Source: Nostoc sp. (lineage in GTDB: Bacteria; Cyanobacteriota; Cyanobacteriia; Cyanobacteriales; Nostocaceae). Taken from it: a DNA stretch of 64,000 bases. Of this stretch, positions 30,674-41,328 are shown one piece after another. The DNA lies in contig JBALDB010000038.1 of the NCBI GenBank assembly GCA_036918135.1, positions 105,455 to 169,454 of the forward strand. The letters run 5' to 3'. Each line of letters begins with the position of its first letter. The stretch's first letter is position 1. Position numbers and translations under genes: made by a program. The notes under the pieces were generated by a model. It saw only the letters and a list, made by a program, of their open reading frames with translations. It had not been told where the DNA came from and ran no database searches.

Positions 30674-31019
30674 GGTATCCCGTCAGACATTAACTGAACT
30701 TTAAGAACGCGATGCCCTAGCGCTCTATTTTTTATATTTATCGCTGTCAGTTATCAACAACTAATGACCAATACTTCGGCTTCGCTCTTCTCTTTCAGAT
30801 ACGCTTGCGCGTAGCTTGCTTAGGAGCAGGGGTGCGGCTACGCCCCGGTATCCCATCAGACATTAACTGAACTTTAAGAACGCGATGCCCCAGCGCTCTA
30901 TTTTTTATATTTATCGCTGTCAGTTATCAACAACTAATGCCCAATACTTCGGCTTCGCCCTTCTCTTTCAGAGACACTTGCGCGTGGCTTGCTTAAGAGC
31001 AGGGGTACGGCTACGCTCT
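30674..31019. repeat. 173-bp direct tandem duplication containing composite micro-repeats
   Basis: Copy 1 at 30674-30846 and copy 2 at 30847-31019 both begin ggtatccc.tcagacattaactgaac; few mismatches. Confidence 0.9.
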
Positions 31020-31047
31020 CCCAAGGCTCAGTACAAGTAACCAATGA

Positions 31048-31950
31048 CTAATGACCAACAACCAATACTAAACCCTCATGGGCTAGTAATGCTTCTGGAA
31101 AAGCAGATTTCACATCGGTTTGAACTTGGTCAAGAAAATCATCATGGTCATCGGGGTGGTGGTGAGAAATGACTAACCGTCGCACGCCAGCACTAAGAGC
31201 TACATTCACTGCAACTTGCCAAAGGGAATCAGCACAGTCATGGTTGTGAGATGTTGGAGGAGTGTAAGTGGCATTGGCAATCAATAAGTCAACACCTTGA
31301 ACGAACTTTAAAATCCGCTCTCGCTCTGCTTGCTCTGCATTTTGGTGCAAATCAGTGACGTAGGCAACACTATATTCCTGCCAATTAACTCGGTAGCCCG
31401 CTGACCGCTGAGTTTGATTGATTAATGCAGTTGTAATAATTACATTATCTACCTTCACGTCACTATCTGGAGTCAGATTATAAAACTGTAATTCTGACTG
31501 CATTACCTGTAAAGGATAAGGAAAGTGTGGCTGGAGCATCTGATCGTACAGACATTGTTTGATTGAGGCTCCATTTGAGGCAGCTGTACCGTAAATATGG
31601 AAGCAATTTTCGGGAACAAATGCGGGGGCAAAAAAGGGAAACCCTTGAATACGGTTAGATTGGGAATTAGTAAAAAATAAATGGGCTTCTAGTGACTTTT
31701 GCAGCTCTTGCCAAGTTTTACCTAGTATACGTAAGCCAGTACCGCCATCAAAAATCAGGCGTTTCCCGGCTACATGCATTTCTACACAAGCGGTATTACC
31801 GCCATAACGGCTGGTGTTATTGCTGGGAGTGGGAATTAAACCCCTTACACCCCAAAATTGCACTCTTAACTGACCTGCTGGACTACTGGGCAGGCTTGTT
31901 GACTTTTCAGGTATATAGCTCTGGGAACCCGACAACTCAAAGTTTGACAT
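31048..31950 (-). CDS. MBL-fold metallo-hydrolase-like protein with degenerate metal motif
   Basis: FWGVRG, YGGNTACVE, DGGTGLR, SHHHPDDHD; HxHxDH replaced by TNSQSNR. Confidence 0.85.
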   Translation of the reverse strand: MSNFELSGSQSYIPEKSTSLPSSPAGQLRVQFWGVRGLIPTPSNNTSRYGGNTACVEMHVAGKRLIFDGGTGLRILGKTWQELQKSLEAHLFFTNSQSNRIQGFPFFAPAFVPENCFHIYGTAASNGASIKQCLYDQMLQPHFPYPLQVMQSELQFYNLTPDSDVKVDNVIITTALINQTQRSAGYRVNWQEYSVAYVTDLHQNAEQAERERILKFVQGVDLLIANATYTPPTSHNHDCADSLWQVAVNVALSAGVRRLVISHHHPDDHDDFLDQVQTDVKSAFPEALLAHEGLVLVVGH

Positions 31951-31961
31951 TTTCTTTGAAA

Positions 31962-32345
31962 TTAGACCTTAGCGAGCAGGTCATCGTAGCGCCGCATTTC
32001 TAACAGCCTATTTTTTTCGTCCACAATGACTACCGTAGGAGAGTAACTTTTTAACTCTTCTGGAGTGAACTGCCCGTAAGTCATTATAATCAAGCGATCG
32101 CCAATAATGCCTAGACGTGCCGCAGCCCCATTTAGCTCAATGACTCCTGAATGGGCTGGAGCTGGGATTGCATAAGTAATAAAGCGCTGGCCATTAGCAC
32201 TATTCACTACTTGCACTTGCTCATAGGGTAAGATGCCAGCTTTTTCCAGCAGGACTCTATCGATACTGATACTACCCACATAGTTGATATTCGCCCCAGT
32301 AAGGGTGCAGTTGTGAATTTTTGCCAAAAGGAGAGTACGCTGCAT
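31962..32345 (-). CDS. panD: Aspartate 1-decarboxylase
   Basis: AKIH...NYVGSISID (G-S self-cleavage site), [17 protein letters not shown]. Confidence 0.97.
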   Translation of the reverse strand: MQRTLLLAKIHNCTLTGANINYVGSISIDRVLLEKAGILPYEQVQVVNSANGQRFITYAIPAPAHSGVIELNGAAARLGIIGDRLIIMTYGQFTPEELKSYSPTVVIVDEKNRLLEMRRYDDLLAKV

Positions 32346-32536
32346 TTTGGTTTGGGGTTAGTGGCAGTTTTTGAAGCCGTAACAAGCGAAAGTTATCAAA
32401 GATAAAAAGTTAGGAGTTAGGGTTAACTTCATCCCACCTCTAAAAAAGATGGGATTTCACGTTAATTGTTGAGTGATGAGTGTTAACCGTCAACAGTCAC
32501 CAGTTCAAAAAGCAACTCTTAACTTTAACTCTTCTA

Positions 32537-33049
32537 TTATGCTTTATAAGCTTTGACGGATTTTTCTACTAAAGCTGCAACCTTATATGCATCTTGCCAA
32601 CCGAGAATTTCAGTCACCTTTTTTTCCAAATTTTTATAACTACGGAAAAATTCAGCAATTTCATCCAAACGGTGTGGTGCTACATCATTGAGGGATTTGA
32701 CTTGAGCGTAGCGCGGATCTTTGTCTGGAACACAAAGAATTTTTTCATCGCGATCGCCCCCGTCAATCATTTCCAAAAAGCCGATGGGCCGTGCGGCAAT
32801 AATACAGCCTGGAAAGGTTGGCTCATCAATTATCACCATCCCATCTAGGGGATCGCCATCATCAGCCAGAGTATTGGGTACAAAGCCGTAGTCATAAGGA
32901 TATTTTACCGACGAATAAAGTACTCGGTCTAGAGCAAAAGCTTCTAATTCCTTGTCATATTCGTATTTATTTTTACTTCCACCAGTAATTTCAACTAAAA
33001 CGTTGATTAAACCTGGTTTTGGTTGGGCAGGAATACGAGATAAGTCCAC
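32537..33049 (-). CDS. ppa: Inorganic pyrophosphatase (family I)
   Basis: [45 protein letters not shown]. Confidence 0.97.
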   Translation of the reverse strand: MDLSRIPAQPKPGLINVLVEITGGSKNKYEYDKELEAFALDRVLYSSVKYPYDYGFVPNTLADDGDPLDGMVIIDEPTFPGCIIAARPIGFLEMIDGGDRDEKILCVPDKDPRYAQVKSLNDVAPHRLDEIAEFFRSYKNLEKKVTEILGWQDAYKVAALVEKSVKAYKA

Positions 33050-33275
33050 AAAAAACTCCTCTGCTAACAGTGAATCACGGGGGCACTCAGCTTCGCTCCC
33101 CGTGTAGAATTTTAGGGCAATATGGATCTCTTCCCAAGAGGTTGGGAGTATTCTGACTTTTCACAGGAAGTCCTAAAACCTCTGTTAAGAGAGGGTGTAG
33201 GGAAAAGAAGAAAGCCTTACGAACCTGCAACCCCACACCTTCGCTCATGAGTCCACATAACGTGAAAAGTCAGGG

Positions 33276-33340
33276 TGAGTTTTGACTGTGCGGAAATCGA
33301 GCGAAGTCGAGATTCAACTACCGTCAAGTAGAACTACATG
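33276..33340. repeat. Dispersed ~65-bp repeat
   Basis: ggtgag..t.gact..gcggaaatcgag.gaagtcgagattcaactaccg.caagt; second copy at about 43888-43952. Confidence 0.8.
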
Positions 33341-33373
33341 TCCCTCTCTTACCCTGAATTTGCCAAACAATGG

Positions 33374-33407
33374 AAAAAGCGTTGCGAGGAACTTCGCAAC
33401 GCTTTTT
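33374..33407. terminator. Bidirectional intrinsic terminator
   Basis: AAAAAGCGTTGCGA-ggaact-TCGCAACGCTTTTT. Confidence 0.75.
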
Positions 33408-33512
33408 CTAAAAGGGTGATATGCATCTGCGCTCTAGAACGCTTGGACAAAGCGAGCCAAAGTTAAAGGGTGTTTAACATTGCTCGCATTGGTTGGTGCT
33501 GCATCGTGTTTG

Positions 33513-33701
33513 TCAATCTTGACTTTCTCGTAGGTTTTGGATTGCGGGTTGCTGGTTATTTTGAACGTTACTCGAAGAATAGTGAGCGATGACAAATACG
33601 GGTAAGGTAAGAGTCAACAGAGCGATCGCAGTTCCCACAATGTCTGCCAAGCGGTGTGAGTATGTATCGGCAGAATTGGCAGACGGGCTATTTGAATTCA
33701 T
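33513..33701 (-). CDS. Small single-TM hypothetical protein (62 aa)
   Basis: One clear hydrophobic helix (IVGTAIALLTLTLPVFVIAHY); contains a HIP1 site like native genes. Confidence 0.6.
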   Translation of the reverse strand: MNSNSPSANSADTYSHRLADIVGTAIALLTLTLPVFVIAHYSSSNVQNNQQPAIQNLRESQD

Positions 33702-34364
33702 ACAATATTGAAGTTATTCGGATCGTTGTATAGGTCTACTCTCAAAAGAGAGTTTTGATGTTATTTTAGCTAGTTTTAAACTGTAAGATGTGTAGCATTC
33801 AAATATCTAAACCAGTTTGATAACTGTCATAGTAGGGTTTTTATACATCAAATTCTTAATCCAAAATTAAAACCAAATATATTATGTTGATTTTGGTAAT
33901 TAATCTTTTCAAATTATTACTTCTATCGTCTAATTAATTAGATATAGACAGTTTTTATTACCAGTATTATAGACGATATTTTTTCGTTGCTCAAAGATTA
34001 ATTAACAAAATGTATTTATTAGATACTTTGTAATTATAACACCATCCAACGCTTTTGATACTGTCATATTGATGCAAATGACAATTTGTAATGTAGAATA
34101 CAAAACAGCCAAAATAGTAATATATTTTAGTGGTTTTCGCTTGTTATATAGTAGTTACACATAAAAATATTTGACAACAGAGAAAAAACGGTAACAAATT
34201 ATTTTTCTTATTACTCATAAATTCCCGAATAAATACAGATATATCATCTGCCTTACCTAAAATAGCTTCAGTAATATTACTAAATTAATATTTCCTAAAT
34301 TCAATTCTCAAATAAATGTAAGGTAATAGTAAATTTGTCAATCTATATATAGGTAGAAATAAAA

Positions 34365-34409
34365 AAAAGCTTTGAAAGTTAGTGTTGAGAGTGAACTTTC
34401 AAAGCTTTT
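34365..34409. terminator. Hairpin/terminator downstream of the ABC ATPase
   Basis: AAAAGCTTTGAAAGTT...AACTTTCAAAGCTTTT with an A-tract on the left. Confidence 0.6.
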
Positions 34410-34572
34410 GGCTTAAGAAGATGTTTGTAAAACTTTAATAATTTATAGCCGTAGTCACACCCTTTAGGACATAATGACAAGTGTGAATGCTAGCAACAGC
34501 AATAGTTTTACCTCCTGCTATATCTATGCACCCATTAGCATCAAAGGCGTTGCTCTAAGTATGATTGACCTT

Positions 34573-36456
34573 TTATGACGCCCTGAGTTGGCGATTTCGC
34601 ACGCGTTCGGGACTACCAGTGGGAATTGCAGCAATTAATTTTTGTGTGTATTCCTCTTTGGGTTCCTGGTAGATGCTTTCGGCTGTACCTTCTTCGACTA
34701 TTTGTCCGCGATTCATGACTAAAATGCGATCGCTCATGAATTTGACTACACTTAGATCGTGAGAAATAAAAATATAAGTCAGTTGAAAGTCTTGTTGCAA
34801 TTCTTTGAGGAGATTTAATACTTGCGCTTGTACCGACACATCCAGGGCTGAAACTGATTCATCGCAAATAATAAATTTGGGATTTAATGCCAAAGAACGC
34901 GCTATACAAATCCGCTGGCGTTGACCGCCAGAAAACTGATGGGGATAGCGGTTCATTGCATCTGCATTCAAACCTACCCGTTCTAAAAGTTCGGCTACGC
35001 GTTCGCGTCGTTGTTGTTTTGTTTTACCAACGGAGTGAATTAACAACGGTTCCATCACTGCATCCCCAACCTTCATCCGTGGGTCAAGGGAACTAAAAGG
35101 ATTTTGGAAGACTATTTGCATTTCCCGCCGCAGTTTTTGCAACGGTTCTCCTTTGAGGCTAGTAATATCTTGTTTTTCAAAGATAATCTGACCACTCATC
35201 GGTTCAATTAATCGCAGCAAAGTTCTACCAAGGGTAGTTTTGCCACAACCAGATTCTCCCACTAATCCCACCGTTTCCCCTGGTTTGACATCAAAGGAAA
35301 CGCCGTTAACCGCCATAGTGTAGCGTTTTGTACCACCAAATACCCCCCGGACTGGAAAACCAACTTTTAAATTGTGGATTTCCAGCAGAGGTTGCTTCTG
35401 GTGTAAGTTTGCTAATCTCGTAGCAATCTCTTGGCTGGTAACTTGTACGGGTTGTAGAGGTTCTTTCGCCTGAATTACTACTTGTCCGGTTGCTGTTTCT
35501 TCCGCACTCATGTAATCGGAAACGGTGAGTAATTTTTGGGGATGGCTCTCAAGTGTGGGACGACAGGCTATCAAACCTTTAGTATATGGATGGTGGGGAT
35601 TGCTGAAAATTTGCTCACAAACACCAGATTCGACAACTTTGCCTTTATACATTACCGCTACTTGGTCAGAAATTTCAGAAATTAACCCTAAGTCGTGGGT
35701 GATGAAAATCATTGCCATTTCACGGCTTTGCTGCAATTCTCGCAACAACTCCAAGATAGTTGCTTGCACTGTTACATCCAAAGCTGTGGTTGGTTCATCG
35801 GCAATTAATATTAATGGATTACAGGAAATTGCCATTGCAATCATTACCCGTTGCAACTGACCCCCAGAAAGTTGATGCGGGTAGCGTTCCAGCATCGCTT
35901 CTTTGTGTTCCCTCACCAACTGTGCCAACTTTGGTGTATTTGGTTTAGATGAATTGTTGTTGGTTTGATGCGAATCGATATACTGTTGCTGGATCTCTTC
36001 ATCGCTAGGTAAAAGTTTAACCTCTTGCAGACCTGCGATCGCAATTTGTTTTGCTTCGGCGGCTGAGACATTTTGATGCCGCATAATTGCTTCTGCGAGC
36101 TGAAACCCAATGTTATAAACTGGATTGAGCGAACTCATCGGTTCTTGAAAAATCATGGCAATGTCGCCACCACGGTGTAGCTGCATTTCCTGAGGAAGCA
36201 ATTTTACCAAATCGATGGGGTTGGCGTTCTCTTGAGGACGAAACCAGATTTCACCGTTACTAATTATACCGGGAGTTTGCAACAAACCCATCACAGCTAG
36301 GGCTGTCACTGATTTACCACTCCCCGATTCTCCTACTATTCCTAGAGTCTCACCTCGACGCAATTCAAAGGAAATACCATCTAAAGCTTTGACGATATTG
36401 CCATCACCGGGAAATTCAACTTGTAGATTGCGAACCTCTAGGACAGTTTCTCTCAT
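34573..36456 (-). CDS. Dipeptide/oligopeptide ABC transporter ATP-binding protein (two fused ATPase domains)
   Basis: GESGSGKS and GESGCGKT Walker [10 protein letters not shown] and YPHQFSGGQ signatures; DEPTTALD and DESVSALD. Confidence 0.95.
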   Translation of the reverse strand: MRETVLEVRNLQVEFPGDGNIVKALDGISFELRRGETLGIVGESGSGKSVTALAVMGLLQTPGIISNGEIWFRPQENANPIDLVKLLPQEMQLHRGGDIAMIFQEPMSSLNPVYNIGFQLAEAIMRHQNVSAAEAKQIAIAGLQEVKLLPSDEEIQQQYIDSHQTNNNSSKPNTPKLAQLVREHKEAMLERYPHQLSGGQLQRVMIAMAISCNPLILIADEPTTALDVTVQATILELLRELQQSREMAMIFITHDLGLISEISDQVAVMYKGKVVESGVCEQIFSNPHHPYTKGLIACRPTLESHPQKLLTVSDYMSAEETATGQVVIQAKEPLQPVQVTSQEIATRLANLHQKQPLLEIHNLKVGFPVRGVFGGTKRYTMAVNGVSFDVKPGETVGLVGESGCGKTTLGRTLLRLIEPMSGQIIFEKQDITSLKGEPLQKLRREMQIVFQNPFSSLDPRMKVGDAVMEPLLIHSVGKTKQQRRERVAELLERVGLNADAMNRYPHQFSGGQRQRICIARSLALNPKFIICDESVSALDVSVQAQVLNLLKELQQDFQLTYIFISHDLSVVKFMSDRILVMNRGQIVEEGTAESIYQEPKEEYTQKLIAAIPTGSPERVRNRQLRAS

Positions 36457-36952
36457 AGGAGTTGGGTATGAATCTTAACTGAAAATTATTTGGATTTTAA
36501 CAAGAGTTTTGATGTATGTGTCGATAAATTTGATTTTTACACTCCTTGACGGTTTTTCACTGCTTAGACCTCAACCACAATTTTTAATGTTTTGAGAACT
36601 AGTTGCCTCATCCATCAAGATAATTTTCGGCTGATTGAGTTGCATTAGCTTTCCTCACAGCTATTTGTGCTGCCAAATCTGCTATTGTAATTTGAAACAA
36701 TTCTGTTGTCTCGATTGCTACTGCTAAAAAAGATTTTGGATTATCAGGTGCTGTACCAAACAATGCCTCAAGAGCGTCCATATTGAACAGATAGCGGTGA
36801 TGTCTCTTAACTTCCCGCTTTGAGCGATTGCCTACAGGTTACTCATCCTTGACTTCGGTCGCAAACAATGATTAAAGCTCAGATTTAATTCTTTTGAGGC
36901 GATACAAGACTTCCATATTGAGACAAGGTATTTTCTATAACCATTGCTGCGT

Positions 36953-38701
36953 ATGAACTCAAAGATTCGAGAACAAGCACAAGAAATATTCAATAAAATT
37001 CCGGATATTTTTCTCTTTTATTTGTTGCAAGTAGCAGCGAAAAGAAGCCTGAAAAGTTTGCAAAAAGACACTGTTAATGCTGTCTCTGTCCAACAAAAGC
37101 TTCTTAGAAATATTCTCAAACTTCAAAAGGATACAAAATACGGTAAGAAGTATAACTTTGCGGCTATAGATTCGGTTGCAGAATTTCAAAGGATACATCC
37201 TCTTACGACTTATGAAGATTACCGCGAAGTTATTGAAGATATTGCTAAGAGTGGAAATTTCTCTCAACTGGTAGCAGAGCCAATTATTCTTTTTCAAGAA
37301 ACGTCGGGGACAACGGGCAAATCTAAACTTATACCCAGAACAAAACGCTTACTATCAACTTCACAAAAATCTTTTCAGGCTATAAACGCGATCGCACGCT
37401 CTTACTATCTCAATGGTAAAGCATACGCAAAAAACAGTCGTGGTTTGGCTTTGGCTAGTACACAACCACTTATATCTACACCTAGCGGTATTCCTAGAGG
37501 TTCAGGATCTAGCGGAGGAATTAGACAATCTAAGTCATTTCAAAAAATAGTCAGTCTCAATTTTTCTAGCCCTACTAGCATATTCTTGATTCCCGATTAT
37601 AGGAGCGCTTATTATTGCCATATGCTTTTTGCTCTCTTAGAGCCAAAGCTTACTTATATTACGGCAAATTTTGCCTCCAATGTTTTGGATGCTCTACAAA
37701 TATTAGAACGAGAGTGGTCACAAATGGTAAATGATATTTACCACGGTCAAATTAATTCCAACTTAGAACTGGATACAGCTACAAGAAATGAGCTACAAAA
37801 TAGGCTCAGACCTAGTCCAGAAAAAAGTAACACATTCCGAACTGAATTTGAAAAGGGATTTGAGGGTATTATACCCAGAATATGGCCGCAGTTGTCTAAC
37901 ATACAATGTATCATAACTGGGTCGCTGCAACTCTATAAAGAAAGTTTGAAATTTTATGCTGGTGAAATACCAATTTACTCACATGGTTATGGTGCTTCTG
38001 AAGCTTGGATCGGGTGTAACCTAGAGCCACAAAAAGATTTTCCTGCTTACGTAATTACTCCTCATTCGGCGTTTTTTGAGTTTATACCTATTTCCCAAAT
38101 TGATGCAGAAAAACCCACTACAGTTGACTTGACTTCTCTAGATGTAGGTGAAAGTTATGAAATAGTTGTGACAACAGTAGCTGGACTTTACAGGTACAGG
38201 ATGGGAGATATCGTTAAATGTGTGGGCTACTATAACCAAAGTCCCATGATTGAATTTTTGTATCGCCAAGGTTCTCTGCTAATTATTAGAGGAGTGAGAA
38301 TTTCTGAAAATGAAATTTTTGCTGCCATTACTGAAGCTAGCGAAATTTTGGGAGAAGACTGCAAAATAATAGACTATACAACCAGCATTGATGTTTCATC
38401 ATTTCCGGTGAAGTACAATATTTACCTAGAGGTTTCAAAAATATTTACAACTCTTCCTGATTTAACATCATTTCGAGATAAATTTGAACAGGTTATTTAT
38501 GATTTAAATGTGCTTTATCTGAATACGAGGAAAGCGAATATTATTGGCGCACCTGAAATTAAACTTCTTAAAAGAGACAGTTTCAAAATGCTTAAAAACC
38601 AAATTATTTCTCAAGGTACTTCAGAGGCACAGTTCAAAATGCCACGGTTGCTAAAAAATGTAGAGCAGGTCAACTTTATAGAAAGCAAATCTCTTAATTA
38701 A
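36953..38701 (+). CDS. GH3 family acyl-acid amido synthetase-like protein
   Basis: TSGTTGKSKLIP, YGASE, FFEFIP, YEIVVTTVAGLYRYRMGDIV, QFKMPR. Confidence 0.9.
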   Translation: MNSKIREQAQEIFNKIPDIFLFYLLQVAAKRSLKSLQKDTVNAVSVQQKLLRNILKLQKDTKYGKKYNFAAIDSVAEFQRIHPLTTYEDYREVIEDIAKSGNFSQLVAEPIILFQETSGTTGKSKLIPRTKRLLSTSQKSFQAINAIARSYYLNGKAYAKNSRGLALASTQPLISTPSGIPRGSGSSGGIRQSKSFQKIVSLNFSSPTSIFLIPDYRSAYYCHMLFALLEPKLTYITANFASNVLDALQILEREWSQMVNDIYHGQINSNLELDTATRNELQNRLRPSPEKSNTFRTEFEKGFEGIIPRIWPQLSNIQCIITGSLQLYKESLKFYAGEIPIYSHGYGASEAWIGCNLEPQKDFPAYVITPHSAFFEFIPISQIDAEKPTTVDLTSLDVGESYEIVVTTVAGLYRYRMGDIVKCVGYYNQSPMIEFLYRQGSLLIIRGVRISENEIFAAITEASEILGEDCKIIDYTTSIDVSSFPVKYNIYLEVSKIFTTLPDLTSFRDKFEQVIYDLNVLYLNTRKANIIGAPEIKLLKRDSFKMLKNQIISQGTSEAQFKMPRLLKNVEQVNFIESKSLN

Positions 38702-38927
38702 CAATCAATAACAATGCATCGCTAGGGTGATAGTGCTCATAACAACCCAGATATGTATGGAGAATTGGTGAGTAAGAGTAGGTAAATGTCTCCCAACAAA
38801 ATGCAAAGCGTAAACGCAAACAAAAGAATAGCACATCCTAAAGGATGGCTACTTGTAGAAATTGTCTAATCGCAATCCTTTTTGCTAATCATACTTAGCA
38901 AATTGAATATACGCTCAATTACCAACT

Positions 38928-39497
38928 TTAGAAGGGAATATCATCTGGATCTGGTTCTTCCTCTTTCACTGCTGGATAAGTGGTTCGCTCGTAATTTGTG
39001 GGTTGGGGGATGGGTTCATAATTTGTTGCTGGGGGAGTAACGCCAACAGGACTTTTAGTTGGGGTAGGTGCTGGACGTTGTGACTCGTAAGTGGAAAAAT
39101 CTGTCTCTGGCTGACGAGATGCAGATGGTTGTCGTGGGGGAGTTTCGCTAAATGATGGAGTTACGGTTGACGAGAAGGATGTAGTATTAAAACTACCTCC
39201 AACAGATTGGATTTGTTGTACTGTTAATTCAGCGCGTTTTTCTTTAAAACCTTCTTGACGGTCAACAGTATTCATACTTAAACGTCCTACCAGGATAACG
39301 CGATCGCCTTGGTGATAGTTTTGCTGAATTTCTGTTGCTAAATTCCCCCAACCGACAACTTTCAGGGTGGCTGGCGGATCTTCTGGTTTCTGGGAATTGG
39401 GAAACTGCACCAACATTTCTGTGACTCCCAGATTATCTGCTGTGTAGCGTAGTTGCGGTTCGTTAATAATTTCTGCCATTAAAACGCAGCTGTTCAT
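38928..39497 (-). CDS. Single-stranded DNA-binding protein (cyanobacterial SSB-like)
   Basis: MNSCVLMAEI..EPQLRYT OB fold, Pro-rich linker, acidic C-terminal DDIPF. Confidence 0.88.
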   Translation of the reverse strand: MNSCVLMAEIINEPQLRYTADNLGVTEMLVQFPNSQKPEDPPATLKVVGWGNLATEIQQNYHQGDRVILVGRLSMNTVDRQEGFKEKRAELTVQQIQSVGGSFNTTSFSSTVTPSFSETPPRQPSASRQPETDFSTYESQRPAPTPTKSPVGVTPPATNYEPIPQPTNYERTTYPAVKEEEPDPDDIPF

Positions 39498-39907
39498 TAA
39501 AATTACTCCTGAGTGCAAAAACTGCTGATTGAAAAAGAGGGGGTTTTCTTTATAGTGCCAATTAATATCTAGATATATTTGAAGAAGAATTCAAAATTAG
39601 TTTTGGTGGGAAACTGGAACTGACCACCTAGAAGCACCACAAAATTTAAAATTTACTATCATGTTTCACCATTTATTCATCCACCAAGAGTTACAAATTC
39701 AATTAAAGAATTCTAACTTTTAAATTCTGAATTCTTGCACTCTTAGCTTTTAGTCATTTTTAGCATAAAAGCCAAGCGATCGCTTTGAACAGCATTAAAT
39801 ATACTGCTCGCCACCCCCGCCTGACTAAGAATGAGCATTGAATTCTGCATTTGAGTAGTATAATTGTACCATAAAGTACTGAAATATCAAAACTTCAAGA
39901 GCAAAAA

Positions 39908-41170
39908 TTAAGTTTTCACATGAACTGGAAAAATACCCAAGGCTATCAACCTGGCTGGGAGGTCGCGCAAGACGGGTAAGCGCAAAAACGCAGGTGGTAC
40001 GAAGGTACGATTTGAGGTGAGAACTGGGGCAAATACCCGCTTTTGGATAAAAGTTTGAAATGCTTGAATAATACGTGTGGGTAACTCCCGTTGACGCTGT
40101 ACTTTTGCAAGGTCACTTAGTTGTACTTGTTGGTTCTTGAGTGGTTTGGTGAGTACATTCGCCGCCACTACGGCATCTTGAATTGCGTAATTAATCCCAA
40201 CTCCGCCAACTGGAGACATCACATGGGCAGCATCGCCGATGAGTAGCAATCCTGGATGATACCAGTGTTTGACGCGACTGGATTCGACTGAGAGAAAGGC
40301 TACTTGCGACCAGTCATGTAGATTTGCGATCGGCTGCTGGAATTCTGGTACTACTTTGACAATAGATTTTTTTAATTCCTCCAAACCCGCAGCCCGTAGT
40401 TTTTGATAGCCTCCTTTGGGAATCACATAAGCAACTTGCCACTCATCGCCACGGTCAAGCATAGCGATGATGTGACCTTGACCAAAGCGCCCCATTCCCC
40501 CCTCAGGGTCTTCTGGCTGACGAGGTAGGCGCAACCAGAGAACATCCATTGGTGGCGAGGTTTCAATAGACTCAAACTCACCCAAGTGTCGTAAACGCGA
40601 GTTACGACCGTCTGCACCAACTGTAAGGATTGCCCGAACTTCATGCCAGCCACCGCCTCCTCGGTAGCGGACACCTTGAATCACGCCATTTTCAGTAATT
40701 AATTCCTGGACATTCGCACCCATCACCAAATGGAAGCTAGGATATTTTTGGGCTTCTTGGGTGATAAACTCCAAGAATTTCACCTGGGGAAGCATCGTAA
40801 TGTATGGATAGCGGGTTTTTAGATGACTAAAATCAGCGAATGTGACAGTTTCTTGAGGAGTTTGAATACTCAGGCGACGCATTTTGGTATGCGCGAGTTC
40901 TAGCAAAGCTGTACTTAGTCCCAATTCTTCCATAATTTGCATTACCGATGGATGAATTGTATCGCCACGAAAATCGCGATCGAAGTCTTTGTGTGCTTCC
41001 AATAGCATTACAGAAATACCTTGACGCGCTAACATCAGCGCTAAAACTGCTCCTGCTGGGCCTCCACCCACAATGCAACAATCTGTAGTTTGTACGTCTA
41101 CAATGTCATGAGCAGGGTTAACGTTTGGGTTTGGGTTTTGAGAAGAATTATCGGGTACATGGGTAGTCAT
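39908..41170 (-). CDS. FAD-dependent oxidoreductase/monooxygenase
   Basis: IVGGGPAG, VGADGRNS, IGDAAHVMSPVGGVGINYAIQDA. Confidence 0.93.
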   Translation of the reverse strand: MTTHVPDNSSQNPNPNVNPAHDIVDVQTTDCCIVGGGPAGAVLALMLARQGISVMLLEAHKDFDRDFRGDTIHPSVMQIMEELGLSTALLELAHTKMRRLSIQTPQETVTFADFSHLKTRYPYITMLPQVKFLEFITQEAQKYPSFHLVMGANVQELITENGVIQGVRYRGGGGWHEVRAILTVGADGRNSRLRHLGEFESIETSPPMDVLWLRLPRQPEDPEGGMGRFGQGHIIAMLDRGDEWQVAYVIPKGGYQKLRAAGLEELKKSIVKVVPEFQQPIANLHDWSQVAFLSVESSRVKHWYHPGLLLIGDAAHVMSPVGGVGINYAIQDAVVAANVLTKPLKNQQVQLSDLAKVQRQRELPTRIIQAFQTFIQKRVFAPVLTSNRTFVPPAFLRLPVLRDLPARLIALGIFPVHVKT

Positions 41171-41328
41171 CACAACACCTCCTAACAGCCCTAAGATTTA
41201 GGGTAGTTTGCTTTTTATCGTGCAGACTATTTTTTTAACTTTTCGTATTTAGATAGAACATGTATTATGGGCGCTAAAGTGTCATTAGTCATTTGTCCTT
41301 TGTCCAATTCCCAATCAAATAATTAGTT

